From an uncultured Steroidobacteraceae bacterium (GTDB taxonomy: Bacteria > Pseudomonadota > Gammaproteobacteria > Steroidobacterales > Steroidobacteraceae), in assembly GCA_964455685.1 (NCBI GenBank), contig CAYVZE010000003.1, forward strand, positions 119 to 64,118: a DNA stretch of 64,000 nucleotides. The letters run 5' to 3'. Every line of letters starts with the position of its first letter. Position 1 is the first letter of the stretch. The translations under genes were made by a program, and so were the position numbers. The notes beneath the pieces are model-generated. The model was not told where the DNA came from and did no database searches. It saw nothing but the letters and a program-made list of their open reading frames with translations. Positions 27,351 to 37,212 of the stretch are shown here, in pieces.

Positions 27351-28415
27351 TCAGTCGAAGCTCCGCAGTGCCAGACCGCAGGCGGTCAGCAGGGAAGTGG
27401 CGTCGCGCTGCACCGCCTGGGCGCGGGCGCGGGAGGAGATGCGCATCTGGCCGAGCGGATCGCCCTTCTCGGCCTCGATTCCGATGCGGCTCTGCACGAC
27501 GTCGGCGACGCCGGGGATGTTGGCGCAGCCACCGCACACCAGCACCTTCTCCGGCTGCTCACGGCCGGTGCCGGAGGCCAGGTAGAACTGCAGCGAGCGG
27601 CTGATCTGCTGCGTCATGTCGTCGATGAAGGGATCGAGCACGTCGGTCTGGTAGTTGGCCGGCAGGCCGCCTTCCTTCTTCGCGCGCCCGGCTTCCTCGA
27701 GCGACAGGCCGTAGGTGCGCATGATTTCCTCGGTGAGCTGCTGGCCACCGAAGGCGAAGTCACGCGTGTAGATGACCTTGAGGTTCTTCAGCACGCTGAA
27801 GGTGGTGGTGCTGGCGCCGAAGTCGACCACCGCCACCACGCGGTCGATGCCGCCATCGGGCATCTGGTGCGTCATCAGCTTGCAGGCGTTCTCGAGCGCG
27901 AAGGCCTCGACGTCGACCACCCGGGCCACCAGGCCCGCCGCGGCCACCGCCACGCGACGCTGCTCCACGTTCTCGCTGCGCGAGGCCACCAGCAGCACGT
28001 CGTTGGCGTCCTGGTCCTTCTCGGAGGGACCGAGCACCTCGAAGTCGTAGGCAACCTCTTCCATCGGGAAGGGGATGTACTGGTCGGCCTGCATCTCGAC
28101 CTGGGCCTCGAGGTCGGCCTCGGTCAGGTTGCGCGGCATCTGGATCACCTTGGTGATCGCCGCGTCGCCGTGGATGGCCACCGCCACTTCCCTGGTGCGG
28201 GAGCCTGCACGGCGCACCGCACGGGCAATCGCCTCGCCGACCGCATCGGCGTCGACGATGGCCTTCTCGTTCATGGCGTTCTGGGGAGTCGGTTCAGCCG
28301 CGTAGGACTCGACCGTGTATTGCCCGCCGGACAGGCTGAGTTCGATCAGCTTGATGGAGGACGTTGTAATATCAAGGCCAAGGACCGGGCGGTGTTTTCG
28401 AAAATTTAGAAACAC
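27351..28415 (-). CDS. pilM: type IV pilus actin-like ATPase-fold protein PilM
   Basis: GTG 28415 preceded by AGGGAGA. LGLDITTSSIKLIELS, DFGASTTTFSV, VCGGCANIPG. Divergent from ponA, as in pseudomonads and xanthomonads. Confidence 0.9.
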   Translation of the reverse strand: MFLNFRKHRPVLGLDITTSSIKLIELSLSGGQYTVESYAAEPTPQNAMNEKAIVDADAVGEAIARAVRRAGSRTREVAVAIHGDAAITKVIQMPRNLTEADLEAQVEMQADQYIPFPMEEVAYDFEVLGPSEKDQDANDVLLVASRSENVEQRRVAVAAAGLVARVVDVEAFALENACKLMTHQMPDGGIDRVVAVVDFGASTTTFSVLKNLKVIYTRDFAFGGQQLTEEIMRTYGLSLEEAGRAKKEGGLPANYQTDVLDPFIDDMTQQISRSLQFYLASGTGREQPEKVLVCGGCANIPGVADVVQSRIGIEAEKGDPLGQMRISSRARAQAVQRDATSLLTACGLALRSFD

Positions 28416-28644
28416 TTTTCTCCCTTACCTTTCAGCAAGTTACGCGCCGAAACGCTTGTCCTGCCTGAACGGGCGAGCCACTATAACCCACGTAACGGTT
28501 AAATTGAACGCGAAGCCGGGGCCCCCTTTCCGTGAGGCCGTCCGCAAATCCTCATGCCTGCCAGGGCGAGGATTGTTCAATTCCGCCGTGGGTAGGAAAC
28601 TGCACCGGCCGTCCGGTCCTGCGCAATAAGGGCGTGTTAAATCC

Positions 28645-31326
28645 GTGAACCCCATCCTCGTTCGCTCCCTCCGCTGGTTCGCCGTGGGCCTCGGGACCCT
28701 GGTCCTTCTGTTCGCCTTTGCCCTGGCCTGCACCTACGTCTACCTGGCCCCCTCCCTGCCTTCGGCCGAAAACATGCACCGGATGCAGCTGGCCGTTCCC
28801 TTGAGGGTGTATGCCCGCAACGGGGGCCTGATCGCCCAGATCGGCGAGCAGCGCCGCATCCCGGTCGAGTTCGATGACGTGCCCATGGTCGTCCGCCAGG
28901 CGGTGATAGCCGCCGAGGACGCCGGCTTCTTCGAGCACAGCGGCTTCGAGTGGCGGGGCATCATCCGCGCGCTGGTGATGAACGTGGCCACCGGCGACGC
29001 CGGCCAGGGTGGCAGCACCATCACCCAGCAGGCCGCCCGCAACCTGTTCCTGACGCTGGACAAGACCCTGCGCCGCAAGCTCTCCGAGGTATTCGTCACC
29101 TGGCGCATGGAGCGCGACTTCACCAAGGAGCAGATCCTGGCGACCTACCTGAACGTGATCCTGTTCGGGCAGCGCAGCTACGGCATCGCCGCGGCGGCGG
29201 AAACCTACTACGGCAAGCGGCTGCACGAGCTCACCGTCGCCGAGGCCGCGACCCTGGCCGGCATCATCCAGCGTCCCTCGGCACAGAACCCCGTCACCAA
29301 TCCCCGCCTGGCCGAGATGCGCCGCAGCTATGTGCTGCGCCGGATGCAGGCGCTGGGCTACATCGATGCGGCCACGGCCGCGGCCGCGGCGAAGGAGCCG
29401 GTTGCCGCGAAGCTCCACGCACCGCTGACCGACGTCGATGCGCCCTACGTGGCGGAGATGGCGCGGCAGGAACTGGTGGCGCGCTTCGGCGAAGCCGCGG
29501 TCAATGCCGGCTACAAGGTGTACACCTCCATTGATGGCCGCCAGCAGACGGCCGCCAACCGCGCATTGCGGCTGGGGCTGATCGAGTTCGACCGCCGCCG
29601 CGGCTACCGCGGCCCGCTGGCCAAGGTCACCCCGCCGACCACCGCGGACGCGGACGAGCTGGACAGGCTGCTGGCCGAGTATCCGCAGGTGAACGTGCTC
29701 TCCCCCGCCGTGGTCACCGCGGTGGCCGCCACCACCGCCGAAGTGCACGTGCGCGGCCAGGGCAAGGCGCGCATCAACTGGGATGGGCTGTCGTGGGCCA
29801 GCAAGGCGCTGCGCAATGGCACCGGCCCCTCGCCGCGCAACGCCGGCGAGGTGCTCGCGCGGGGCGACGTGGTGCACGTCATCACCGACGGCCGCGGCAA
29901 TGCCCAGCTCGCGCAGGTGCCGGAGGTGCAGGCCGCGGTGGTCGCGCTCGACCCGGACGACGGCGCCATCGTGGCGCTGGCCGGCGGCTTCGATTTCTAC
30001 TCCAACCAGTACAACCGCGCGACGCAGGCACGCCGCGGCGCCGGCTCCAGCTTCAAGCCCTTCCTCTACTCCGCCGCGCTGGACAATGGCTTCACGCCAG
30101 CGTCCATCATCATGGACATCCCGCTGCTGCTCGACGACACCGGCAACAGCGAGGAAGTCTGGCGGCCGGAGAACTCCACCCGCTCCTTCGGCGGCCCCAT
30201 GCGCCTGCGCGAAGCGCTGGTGCGGTCCCGCAACCTGGTGTCGATCCGCATCCTCCAGGAACTGGGCATCGACCGCTTCATCGAGCATGCGCAGAAGTTC
30301 GGCTTCGACCCCCAGCAGCTGCCGCGCAACTGGACGCTGGCGCTCGGCACCCAGGCGGTCACGCCGCTGCAGATGACCACCGGCTTCGCCGTGTTCGCCA
30401 ATGGCGGCTTCAAGGTGGAGCCCTACTTCATCGAGCGCATCGAGGATGCCGCGGGCAACGTGGTCTACCAGGCCGAGCCAAAACTGGCCTGCACGCCCTG
30501 CGAGAAGCCGCCAGTTGCGCCCTCCATGCTGCTGCGCGACCCCGGTACGGAGAGCAGCGGCAGCGACGTGGCCACCGTCACCCTGGGCGATGAGACCGCG
30601 GCCTATGGCGCCGATGGCGATACCCCGGGCGGGCTGCCGGGCACTGGCGCCCCGGGCGCGAACGGTCTGCTCTCGCCCGCCGTGCTCGCGGCCGCCGTCA
30701 GGCGCGACAACGCGCCCTCGCCCCGCCTGCTGGGCAACCTGGACGAAGTGCCCGAGCCCATGCGGGAGCTCTTCGCCGCCCAGGGCGGCAACGGCTTCCT
30801 GCCCGAGGAAAGGCTGGCCCCGCGCGTGATCTCGCCGCAGAACGCCTGGCTGATCAGCGACATCCTGCACGACGTCACCGTGCGCGGCACGGCAGTCCGC
30901 TCGCGCTCCCTCGGCCGCGACGACCTGGCCGGCAAGACCGGCACCAACGAGGACCGCGACAACTGGTTCGTCGGCTTCACCCGCGACCTCGTCGCCGGCG
31001 TGTGGCTGGGCTATGACGACTACCGCTCCCTGGGCGCGCGCGCCGAAGGCTCGTCCACGGCGCTGCCGATCTGGATGCATTACATGGAAGAGGCCCTGAA
31101 GGGTACGCCTTCGTCGCGGCCGCCGCGGCCGGAGGAGGGACTGATCGACCTCAGGATCTCCCCGTACACAGGCAAGCTCGCCCATGCGTCCGATCCCGAG
31201 GCCATCGTCGAGACCTTCATGCTGGACGCGCTGCCCGAGGCGCCCCGCCCCGGCGAGCCCGGCTACCTGCCCCCCGGGGCCGAGGACATGCCCGGCGGCA
31301 CGGGGTCCACCGGCCCGCTGTTCTGA
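28645..31326 (+). CDS. mrcA: penicillin-binding protein 1A (bifunctional glycosyltransferase/transpeptidase)
   Basis: GT51 motifs AAEDAGFFEHSG, GGSTITQQAARN, RKLSE. Transpeptidase motifs SSFKPFLY, SRN, KTGT. Confidence 0.9.
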   Translation: MNPILVRSLRWFAVGLGTLVLLFAFALACTYVYLAPSLPSAENMHRMQLAVPLRVYARNGGLIAQIGEQRRIPVEFDDVPMVVRQAVIAAEDAGFFEHSGFEWRGIIRALVMNVATGDAGQGGSTITQQAARNLFLTLDKTLRRKLSEVFVTWRMERDFTKEQILATYLNVILFGQRSYGIAAAAETYYGKRLHELTVAEAATLAGIIQRPSAQNPVTNPRLAEMRRSYVLRRMQALGYIDAATAAAAAKEPVAAKLHAPLTDVDAPYVAEMARQELVARFGEAAVNAGYKVYTSIDGRQQTAANRALRLGLIEFDRRRGYRGPLAKVTPPTTADADELDRLLAEYPQVNVLSPAVVTAVAATTAEVHVRGQGKARINWDGLSWASKALRNGTGPSPRNAGEVLARGDVVHVITDGRGNAQLAQVPEVQAAVVALDPDDGAIVALAGGFDFYSNQYNRATQARRGAGSSFKPFLYSAALDNGFTPASIIMDIPLLLDDTGNSEEVWRPENSTRSFGGPMRLREALVRSRNLVSIRILQELGIDRFIEHAQKFGFDPQQLPRNWTLALGTQAVTPLQMTTGFAVFANGGFKVEPYFIERIEDAAGNVVYQAEPKLACTPCEKPPVAPSMLLRDPGTESSGSDVATVTLGDETAAYGADGDTPGGLPGTGAPGANGLLSPAVLAAAVRRDNAPSPRLLGNLDEVPEPMRELFAAQGGNGFLPEERLAPRVISPQNAWLISDILHDVTVRGTAVRSRSLGRDDLAGKTGTNEDRDNWFVGFTRDLVAGVWLGYDDYRSLGARAEGSSTALPIWMHYMEEALKGTPSSRPPRPEEGLIDLRISPYTGKLAHASDPEAIVETFMLDALPEAPRPGEPGYLPPGAEDMPGGTGSTGPLF

Positions 31327-31340
31327 GGAAGGGAGAACCC

Positions 31341-31955
31341 ATGGCCCGACGCGCCCCCACCCGAGCGGACCACCTGCGCAGCGCCATTGCCCAGGAGGCC
31401 GCGCGGCTGATGGCCGAGCACGGCATCCACGACTACCTGGTGGCCAAGCGCAAGGCCGCGGAACGCTACGGCGTGGTCGAGGGTCCCATGCTGCCCCGGA
31501 ACACCGAGGTCGAGGCGGCGCTGATCTCCTACCAGCGCCTGTTCGGTGGCGCCCAGCACCAGCGCAGCCTGCAGGAGCAGCGTCGCGTGGCCATCGAGGC
31601 CATGCGCGTGCTCGAGAAGTTCCAGCCCCGGCTGGTGGGCCCCGTGCTCACCGGCACGGCCACCGAGTACGCAGACATCCAGCTGCACGTGTTCTCAGAC
31701 AGCCCCGAGGCCGTGTACCTGCACCTGATGGACGCGCACATCGAGTACGAGGTGTTCGAACGCCGCCTGCGCATGTCCGCCGAGCGGCAGGTGGCAGTTC
31801 CCAGCGTGCGCTTCGAGATGGGTAACGAGACCATCGAGGCCTTCGTCTTCCCGCGCGACGGGATCCGGCAGGCGCCGGTGAGCCCGGTGGACGGGAAGCC
31901 GATGCGCAGGGCGGACTTGAAGGAAGTGGTCGGGATGACCGTCACCGCGTCCTGA
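31341..31955 (+). CDS. conserved hypothetical protein (possible nucleotidyltransferase-like fold)
   Basis: ATG with GGGAGAA upstream, 14 nt after mrcA. No motif I can name with confidence. Confidence 0.45.
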   Translation: MARRAPTRADHLRSAIAQEAARLMAEHGIHDYLVAKRKAAERYGVVEGPMLPRNTEVEAALISYQRLFGGAQHQRSLQEQRRVAIEAMRVLEKFQPRLVGPVLTGTATEYADIQLHVFSDSPEAVYLHLMDAHIEYEVFERRLRMSAERQVAVPSVRFEMGNETIEAFVFPRDGIRQAPVSPVDGKPMRRADLKEVVGMTVTAS

Positions 31956-31987
31956 CCATCCATCGCACAGTCATCAGGTAGCACGCA

Positions 31988-32980
31988 TTGGAACTCGCGG
32001 ATCTGGAGAGGAGACCCCGCCCCCTGCCCCGGCTGGCCATCGTCGTCCCCTGCCACAACGAGGAGGAAGTGCTGCGCGACACCACGCGCACCCTGCTTGC
32101 GCGGCTCGACGCACTGCGCGGCGAAGGCCTGGTGGATGGATCGAGCCGCCTGTGCCTCGTCGATGACGGCAGCACCGACCGCACCTGGGCGGTGATCCGC
32201 GAGCTGCATGCCGCGGATGTGCGCGTGCAGGGCCTGAAACTCAGCCGCAACTTCGGACACCAGGCCGCCATCCTCGCCGGCATGCTCGAGGTCGATGCAG
32301 ATGCCGTGGTGACCATCGATGCCGACCTGCAGGACGATGAAGCCAGCATCACCGAGATGGTGAGGCAGTACCGCGACGGGCACGACCTGGTGCTCGGCGT
32401 GCGTGATGACCGGCGCAGCGATCCCGTGGCCAAGCGCGTCACGGCGCATGGCTACTACCGGCTGTTGCGCCTGCTGGGCGTGAACGTGGTGTTCAACCAC
32501 GCCGACTACCGGCTGCTGTCGCGGCGCGCGGTCGAGGAGCTGCGGCGGTACCCGGAGACCAACCTGTTCCTGAGGGGCATCGTGCCGATGCTGGGGCTGC
32601 CGACGACGACGGTGCGGTACGCCCGGCGGCCGCGCACGGCCGGGACGTCGAAGTACCCGGCGAGGAAGATGCTGTCGCTGGCGTGGGAGGGAGTGACGTC
32701 GTTTTCGGTGGCACCGCTGCGACTGGTGTCAGCGCTCGGCTTCCTGATCGCGCTGGGAGCACTGGGCGTCACCGCGTGGGCGTTGGCGGTGAAACTGATC
32801 TGGGGCGCGGCGGTGCCGGGATGGGCTTCGATCGTGGTACCGATGTATTTCCTGGGCGGGGTGCAGATCCTGTGCCTGGGGGTGATCGGGGAGTATGTGG
32901 GGAAGATCTACCTCGAGTCCAAGGGCCGCCCGAGGTATGCGGTGGAGCAGCGCCTCCACAGGGATGCCGCAGCGCAATAA
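31988..32980 (+). CDS. GT2 polyprenyl-phosphate glycosyltransferase (GtrB/ArnC/DPM1-like, two C-terminal TM helices)
   Basis: TTG start at 31988 (no in-frame ATG before the catalytic core). LAIVVPCHNEE, LVDDGSTDRT, SRNFGHQAA, IDADLQD, then two TM helices and IGEYVGKIY. Confidence 0.75.
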   Translation: MELADLERRPRPLPRLAIVVPCHNEEEVLRDTTRTLLARLDALRGEGLVDGSSRLCLVDDGSTDRTWAVIRELHAADVRVQGLKLSRNFGHQAAILAGMLEVDADAVVTIDADLQDDEASITEMVRQYRDGHDLVLGVRDDRRSDPVAKRVTAHGYYRLLRLLGVNVVFNHADYRLLSRRAVEELRRYPETNLFLRGIVPMLGLPTTTVRYARRPRTAGTSKYPARKMLSLAWEGVTSFSVAPLRLVSALGFLIALGALGVTAWALAVKLIWGAAVPGWASIVVPMYFLGGVQILCLGVIGEYVGKIYLESKGRPRYAVEQRLHRDAAAQ

Positions 32981-32997
32981 GCGCCGCGCCAGGCTAT

Positions 32998-33477
32998 TCA
33001 GCCGCTGGTGCGTGTGTCCCCGACGACGCGCGCTGGCACGCCGACCACCACCGCATGGTCGGGCACGTCGCGCGTCACCACAGCCCCGGCCCCGACCAAC
33101 GCGCCCTCGCCGATGGTCACGCCGGCCACGATGGTGGCATTGGAGCCGATGGAAGCGCGGCGCTTGACCAGCGTCGGCACCAGCGCCCAGTCCGCATCGG
33201 TCTGCAACGAGCCGTCGGGATTGGTCGCGCGCGGATGCAGGTCGTTGGTGAACATCACCCCATGCCCGATGAAGACCTCATCCTCGATGGTCACGCCCTC
33301 GCAGACGAAGGAGTGCGAGGAGATCTTGCAACGAGCCCCGATCACGACACCCTTCTGGATCTCGACGAACGTTCCGATCCGCGAGCCGGCGCCGATGGTG
33401 CACCCGTACAGGTTCACCAGGCCGGGATGGAAGATGACCACGTTCTCGCCAAGCACGACCGAATCGGCAATGGGCAT
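32998..33477 (-). CDS. left-handed beta-helix (hexapeptide) sugar N-acetyltransferase, WbpD/WlbB-like
   Basis: ATG 33477 with GGAGAA upstream. Imperfect hexapeptide repeats throughout (IGAGSRIGTFVEI, IGARCKISSHSFV, IGSNATIVAGVTIGEGALVGAGAVV). Confidence 0.7.
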   Translation of the reverse strand: MPIADSVVLGENVVIFHPGLVNLYGCTIGAGSRIGTFVEIQKGVVIGARCKISSHSFVCEGVTIEDEVFIGHGVMFTNDLHPRATNPDGSLQTDADWALVPTLVKRRASIGSNATIVAGVTIGEGALVGAGAVVTRDVPDHAVVVGVPARVVGDTRTSG

Positions 33478-33781
33478 GTGTTTCTCCTGGAAAGCGGCCC
33501 CGGGTCACGCAATACCGGGACCGAAGCGCGAGGAATGATACCCGAAGCCCGCTGCTCATTATGTCGACCTGTGACCTGATTCAGACTTGGGTCCTGCCGG
33601 ATTCTGGTAGCCTTGCAACCTCCGGGCGTAACCCCCTTTTTTATCTATATAAAATGTGCCAATTGGTTGTCGCGGACCCGGGATATTGCGGCAGTGATGC
33701 CCCCCGCGCGACCGCCATTGCCCACAGGCGGGCGTCGCCACCCACCACCCGAACCGAATCCGAATCACCGAGGGAATCGAA

Positions 33782-34906
33782 GTGATCCCATTTGTCGACC
33801 TGAAGGCCCAGTACGCCACCATCAAGGAAGAGGTCAACGCCGCCATCCAGGGCATCCTGGACACCTGCCAGTTCACCCTCGGCAGCGAGGTGGCCGCGTT
33901 CGAGAATGAATTTGCGTCGTATTGCCAGTCCACCTTCGGCATCGGCGTCAACACCGGCACCAGCGCCCTCCACCTGTCGCTGCTGGCGGCAGACATCGGC
34001 CCCGGCGACGAAGTGATCACCGTACCCTTTACCTTCGTGGCCACGGTTGCCGCCATCTCCTATACCGGCGCCACGCCGGTGTTCGTTGACATCGACCCGC
34101 GGACCTACACCATGGATCCGAAGGCAATCGAGGCTGCGATCACCCCGCGCACCCGTGCGATCATTCCCGTGCACCTGTACGGCCAGATGGCCGACATGGA
34201 CCCGATCATGGAGATCGCGAAGAAGCACGGCCTGGTGGTCATCGAGGACGCCTGCCAGGCGCACGGCGCAGAGTACAAGGGCCGCCGCGCGGGCAGCATC
34301 GGCGACATGGGCTGCTTCAGCTTCTACCCCGGCAAGAACCTCGGCGCCTACGGCGAGGGCGGCATGGTGGTCACGGGCAACGCCGACTACAACCGCCGGA
34401 TCCGCATGCTGCGCGACTGGGGCGCTGAAAAGAAGTACCAGCACGAGCTGAAGGGCTACAATTACCGGCTCGAAGGAATCCAGGGAGCGGTCCTGAGAGT
34501 CAAGCTCAAGTACCTCGAGAAGTGGACGGAAGCCCGACGCACTGCCGCAGCACACTACGACCGCCTGTTCGCCGGCAGCGGCGTGCAGACGCCGCAGGTG
34601 GAGGCGCACAACCGCCACGTGTACCACCTGTACGTCGTCCGTACGTCGCAGCGCCAGGCCTGGCAGGACGCCCTGAACGCCAAGCGCATCCAGACCGGCA
34701 TCCACTACCCGACGCCCGTCCACCTGCTGCCGGCCTACGCCGATCTGGGTTACAAGGCCGGGCAGTTCCCCCACTCGGAGAAGGCTGCCGCAGAAGTGCT
34801 GTCGCTGCCCATGTTCCCCGAGCTGACGCAGTCGCAGTGCGAGGAAGTCGCTGCCGCGGTGCGGGAGCTGGCGGCCGGCGCCCCGCCGGCCCGGGCAAGC
34901 GCCTGA
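33782..34906 (+). CDS. DegT/DnrJ/EryC1/StrS-family PLP sugar aminotransferase (WbpE-like)
   Basis: GTG 33782 after GAGGGAA. IPFVDLKAQY, the EDACQAHGA context, FSFYPGKNLGAYGEGG (PLP lysine), NYRLEGIQGA. Confidence 0.85.
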   Translation: MIPFVDLKAQYATIKEEVNAAIQGILDTCQFTLGSEVAAFENEFASYCQSTFGIGVNTGTSALHLSLLAADIGPGDEVITVPFTFVATVAAISYTGATPVFVDIDPRTYTMDPKAIEAAITPRTRAIIPVHLYGQMADMDPIMEIAKKHGLVVIEDACQAHGAEYKGRRAGSIGDMGCFSFYPGKNLGAYGEGGMVVTGNADYNRRIRMLRDWGAEKKYQHELKGYNYRLEGIQGAVLRVKLKYLEKWTEARRTAAAHYDRLFAGSGVQTPQVEAHNRHVYHLYVVRTSQRQAWQDALNAKRIQTGIHYPTPVHLLPAYADLGYKAGQFPHSEKAAAEVLSLPMFPELTQSQCEEVAAAVRELAAGAPPARASA

Positions 34907-34915
34907 TGGAGAACC

Positions 34916-36046
34916 ATGGCCGGGAACGCAGTCGTGCCGAAGCCGGATCCTGACACCACCCTGAACACGTCGGTGGACAGGCGGGTTCGCGCGACAGGCG
35001 ACAACATCCTTGCGCGGGCGGCCTTCGTCACGCAGGTGCACAAGGAGAAGCGGAGGAGCGACCGGTCGCGCACTCCGCTGTCGCTCGTGGTCGTGCGGTT
35101 CAGCAGCGACCGGGCAATGGACCGCGACGACTTCCGGGAGATCCTCACGGGCCTCAGCCTGAGCACGCGTGAGACGGACATGATTTGCCATGTCAACGAT
35201 GGGCAGATCGCATTGCTTCTCCCCTATACGGATGCCAACGCGGCCAGGTCGTTCTGCCGGCTGCTCGTCGAGCGCATCCAGGCGCCGGAGATGAAGCTCG
35301 ATGCTGCCAGCTACCCCGACCCGGGCTTCGATGCGCTGCTGGGAGAGGTGTTGGCGGACAGCGAATCCCATTCCGACCTCGGCCTTCACGCGATCCGCGG
35401 CCTGCGGTTCGGACTCGCGGTCAAGCGGCTGATGGACATCGTCGGCTCGATCGTGCTGCTGCTCCTGGCTTCACCGCTGATGCTGGCCATCGCGATCGCG
35501 GTCAAGCTCAGTTCCCCCGGCCCCATCCTGTTCCGGCAGACGCGGGTCGGTCGTGGTGGCGTGCCGTTCCCGTTCCTGAAATTCCGCTCGATGTACGTCG
35601 ACAGCGACGATCGGCTGCACCGCGAGTACGTGCAGAAGCTGATCGACGGCAAGCACAACGAGGTCAATCAGGGCGACGCCAGCAACCCGACCTACAAGAT
35701 GAAGGCGGACCCGCGCATCACGCCGGTCGGCCGGTTCATCCGTCGCACCAGCATCGATGAGCTGCCGCAGCTGTTCAATGTGCTCACCGGCCAGATGAGC
35801 CTGGTTGGGCCGCGCCCGCCGATCCCTTACGAGGTCGAAAAATACCAGTCGTGGCACATGCGCCGCGTGCAGACGATGCGTCCGGGCATCACCGGGTTGT
35901 GGCAGGTTGAAGGGCGCAGCCGCACCACCTTCGACGAAATGGTTCGCCTCGACCTGCGCTACATCCGCAACTGGTCGATCTGGCTGGACATCAAGATCCT
36001 GTTCAAGACCGTCGCCGTCGTGCTGCGCATGGACGGCGCCACCTGA
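34916..36046 (+). CDS. initiating phosphoglycosyl transferase (bacterial sugar transferase family) with N-terminal degenerate GGDEF-like domain
   Basis: The C-terminal about 200 aa form the bacterial sugar transferase core: one re-entrant/TM helix ([22 protein letters not shown]), [45 protein letters not shown]. Residues about 30-125 align with a GGDEF domain (see finding). Confidence 0.8.
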   Translation: MAGNAVVPKPDPDTTLNTSVDRRVRATGDNILARAAFVTQVHKEKRRSDRSRTPLSLVVVRFSSDRAMDRDDFREILTGLSLSTRETDMICHVNDGQIALLLPYTDANAARSFCRLLVERIQAPEMKLDAASYPDPGFDALLGEVLADSESHSDLGLHAIRGLRFGLAVKRLMDIVGSIVLLLLASPLMLAIAIAVKLSSPGPILFRQTRVGRGGVPFPFLKFRSMYVDSDDRLHREYVQKLIDGKHNEVNQGDASNPTYKMKADPRITPVGRFIRRTSIDELPQLFNVLTGQMSLVGPRPPIPYEVEKYQSWHMRRVQTMRPGITGLWQVEGRSRTTFDEMVRLDLRYIRNWSIWLDIKILFKTVAVVLRMDGAT

Positions 36047-36096
36047 TGCCCTGCCGGCAGCAGGCCAAGGAATCCGTTTCGGGAACGAGGGAAGAC

Positions 36097-37212
36097 ATGC
36101 AGAACAAGTCAGTGGTGAACATCGGGGTTGTGGGTTACGGCTACTGGGGACCGAACCTGGTAAGGAACTTCGCCGAGACCCCGGGCCTCAACCTGACGGC
36201 GGTCTGCGACCTCGACCCGGCCAAGCTCGAGCTGGTCAAGAAGCGTTACCCGGCCGTGTCCACCACCAGCCGGTTCGAGGACCTGCTCGAAAACCCGGAG
36301 ATCGATGCACTGGCGATCGCCACCCCGGTCCACACGCATTTCAAGCTCGGCCTCGCTGCACTGCAGGCAGGCAAGCACCTGTGGATCGAAAAGCCGATGA
36401 CCGAGACAGTCGAGCAGTCCAGGCAGCTGGTCGAGGAAGCCGCCAGGCGCAACCTGGTGCTGCTGGTCGACCATACCTTCATCTACACGGGAGCCATCCG
36501 CAAGATCGGCGAAATCATCAAGTCCGGCGACCTCGGCAAGACGCTGTACTACGATTCGACGCGAATCAACCTCGGCCTGTTCCAGAGGGACATCAATGTC
36601 ATCTCGGACCTCGCGGTCCATGACTTCTCCATCCTCGACTACCTGCTGGGCGAGCATCCGACCGCTGTCTCGGCGAACGGCATCAACCACTTTCCCGGCA
36701 CCCCGGAGAACCTCGCCTACATCACTCTGTTCTACGATTCAGGGATGATCGCCCACCTCAACGTCAGCTGGCTGTCGCCGGTGAAGGTCAGGCACATCCT
36801 GATCGGCGGCAGCAAGAAGATGATCACCTACGACGACCTGGAGCCCAGCGAGAAGGTCAAGGTGTACGACAAGGGCGTCAGCTTCACCGAGGATGCCGAG
36901 CAGATCCAGGAAATGCGGGTGGGTTACCGCACCGGCGACATGTGGGCACCGAAGCTCGCGGGCACCGAAGCGCTGCGAGTCGAGGGTGAGCACTTCGCCG
37001 ACTGCGTGCTGAACAACAAGGCTCCCCTTACCGACGGCAAGCTTGGTCTGCGCGTCGTCGAGCTGATCGAGGCCGCCACCCTGTCGATGGCGGCACAGGG
37101 CGAGGTGGTTTACGTGAAGCGCGACCCGTCCGACCGTCGCCAGAGCAAGGCCCCGCGCCGGCGGTTCGACAGGGGCTTCAGGGCCCCCACGAGCAACGAA
37201 CCCGGGCCGTGA
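36097..37212 (+). CDS. Gfo/Idh/MocA-family NAD-dependent sugar-nucleotide oxidoreductase (WbpB-like)
   Basis: ATG 36097 after GAGGGAAG. Rossmann IGVVGYGYWG, and EKPM. Confidence 0.8.
   Translation: MQNKSVVNIGVVGYGYWGPNLVRNFAETPGLNLTAVCDLDPAKLELVKKRYPAVSTTSRFEDLLENPEIDALAIATPVHTHFKLGLAALQAGKHLWIEKPMTETVEQSRQLVEEAARRNLVLLVDHTFIYTGAIRKIGEIIKSGDLGKTLYYDSTRINLGLFQRDINVISDLAVHDFSILDYLLGEHPTAVSANGINHFPGTPENLAYITLFYDSGMIAHLNVSWLSPVKVRHILIGGSKKMITYDDLEPSEKVKVYDKGVSFTEDAEQIQEMRVGYRTGDMWAPKLAGTEALRVEGEHFADCVLNNKAPLTDGKLGLRVVELIEAATLSMAAQGEVVYVKRDPSDRRQSKAPRRRFDRGFRAPTSNEPGP

Noticed and set aside
28552-31185. 877-aa minus-strand ORF.
   Set aside because: Antisense shadow of the PBP1A gene, which carries all the GT51 and transpeptidase motifs.
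33604-33615. ops/JUMPStart-like element (ctGGTAGCcttg) in the 300-nt leader of the EPS operon, next to an AT-rich tract (33637..33658).
   Set aside because: Only GGTAG of the 8-nt GGCGGTAG core matches. This is too weak to call an RfaH-dependent ops site. The AT-rich tract probably marks the promoter region, but I could not place convincing -35 and -10 hexamers.
33641-35389. 582-aa minus-strand ORF. Similar long antisense ORFs occur at 3623..4954, 15560..17191, 38399..39739, 40992..42470 and 43761..45257.
   Set aside because: All oppose genes with clear family motifs and show shadow-ORF composition.
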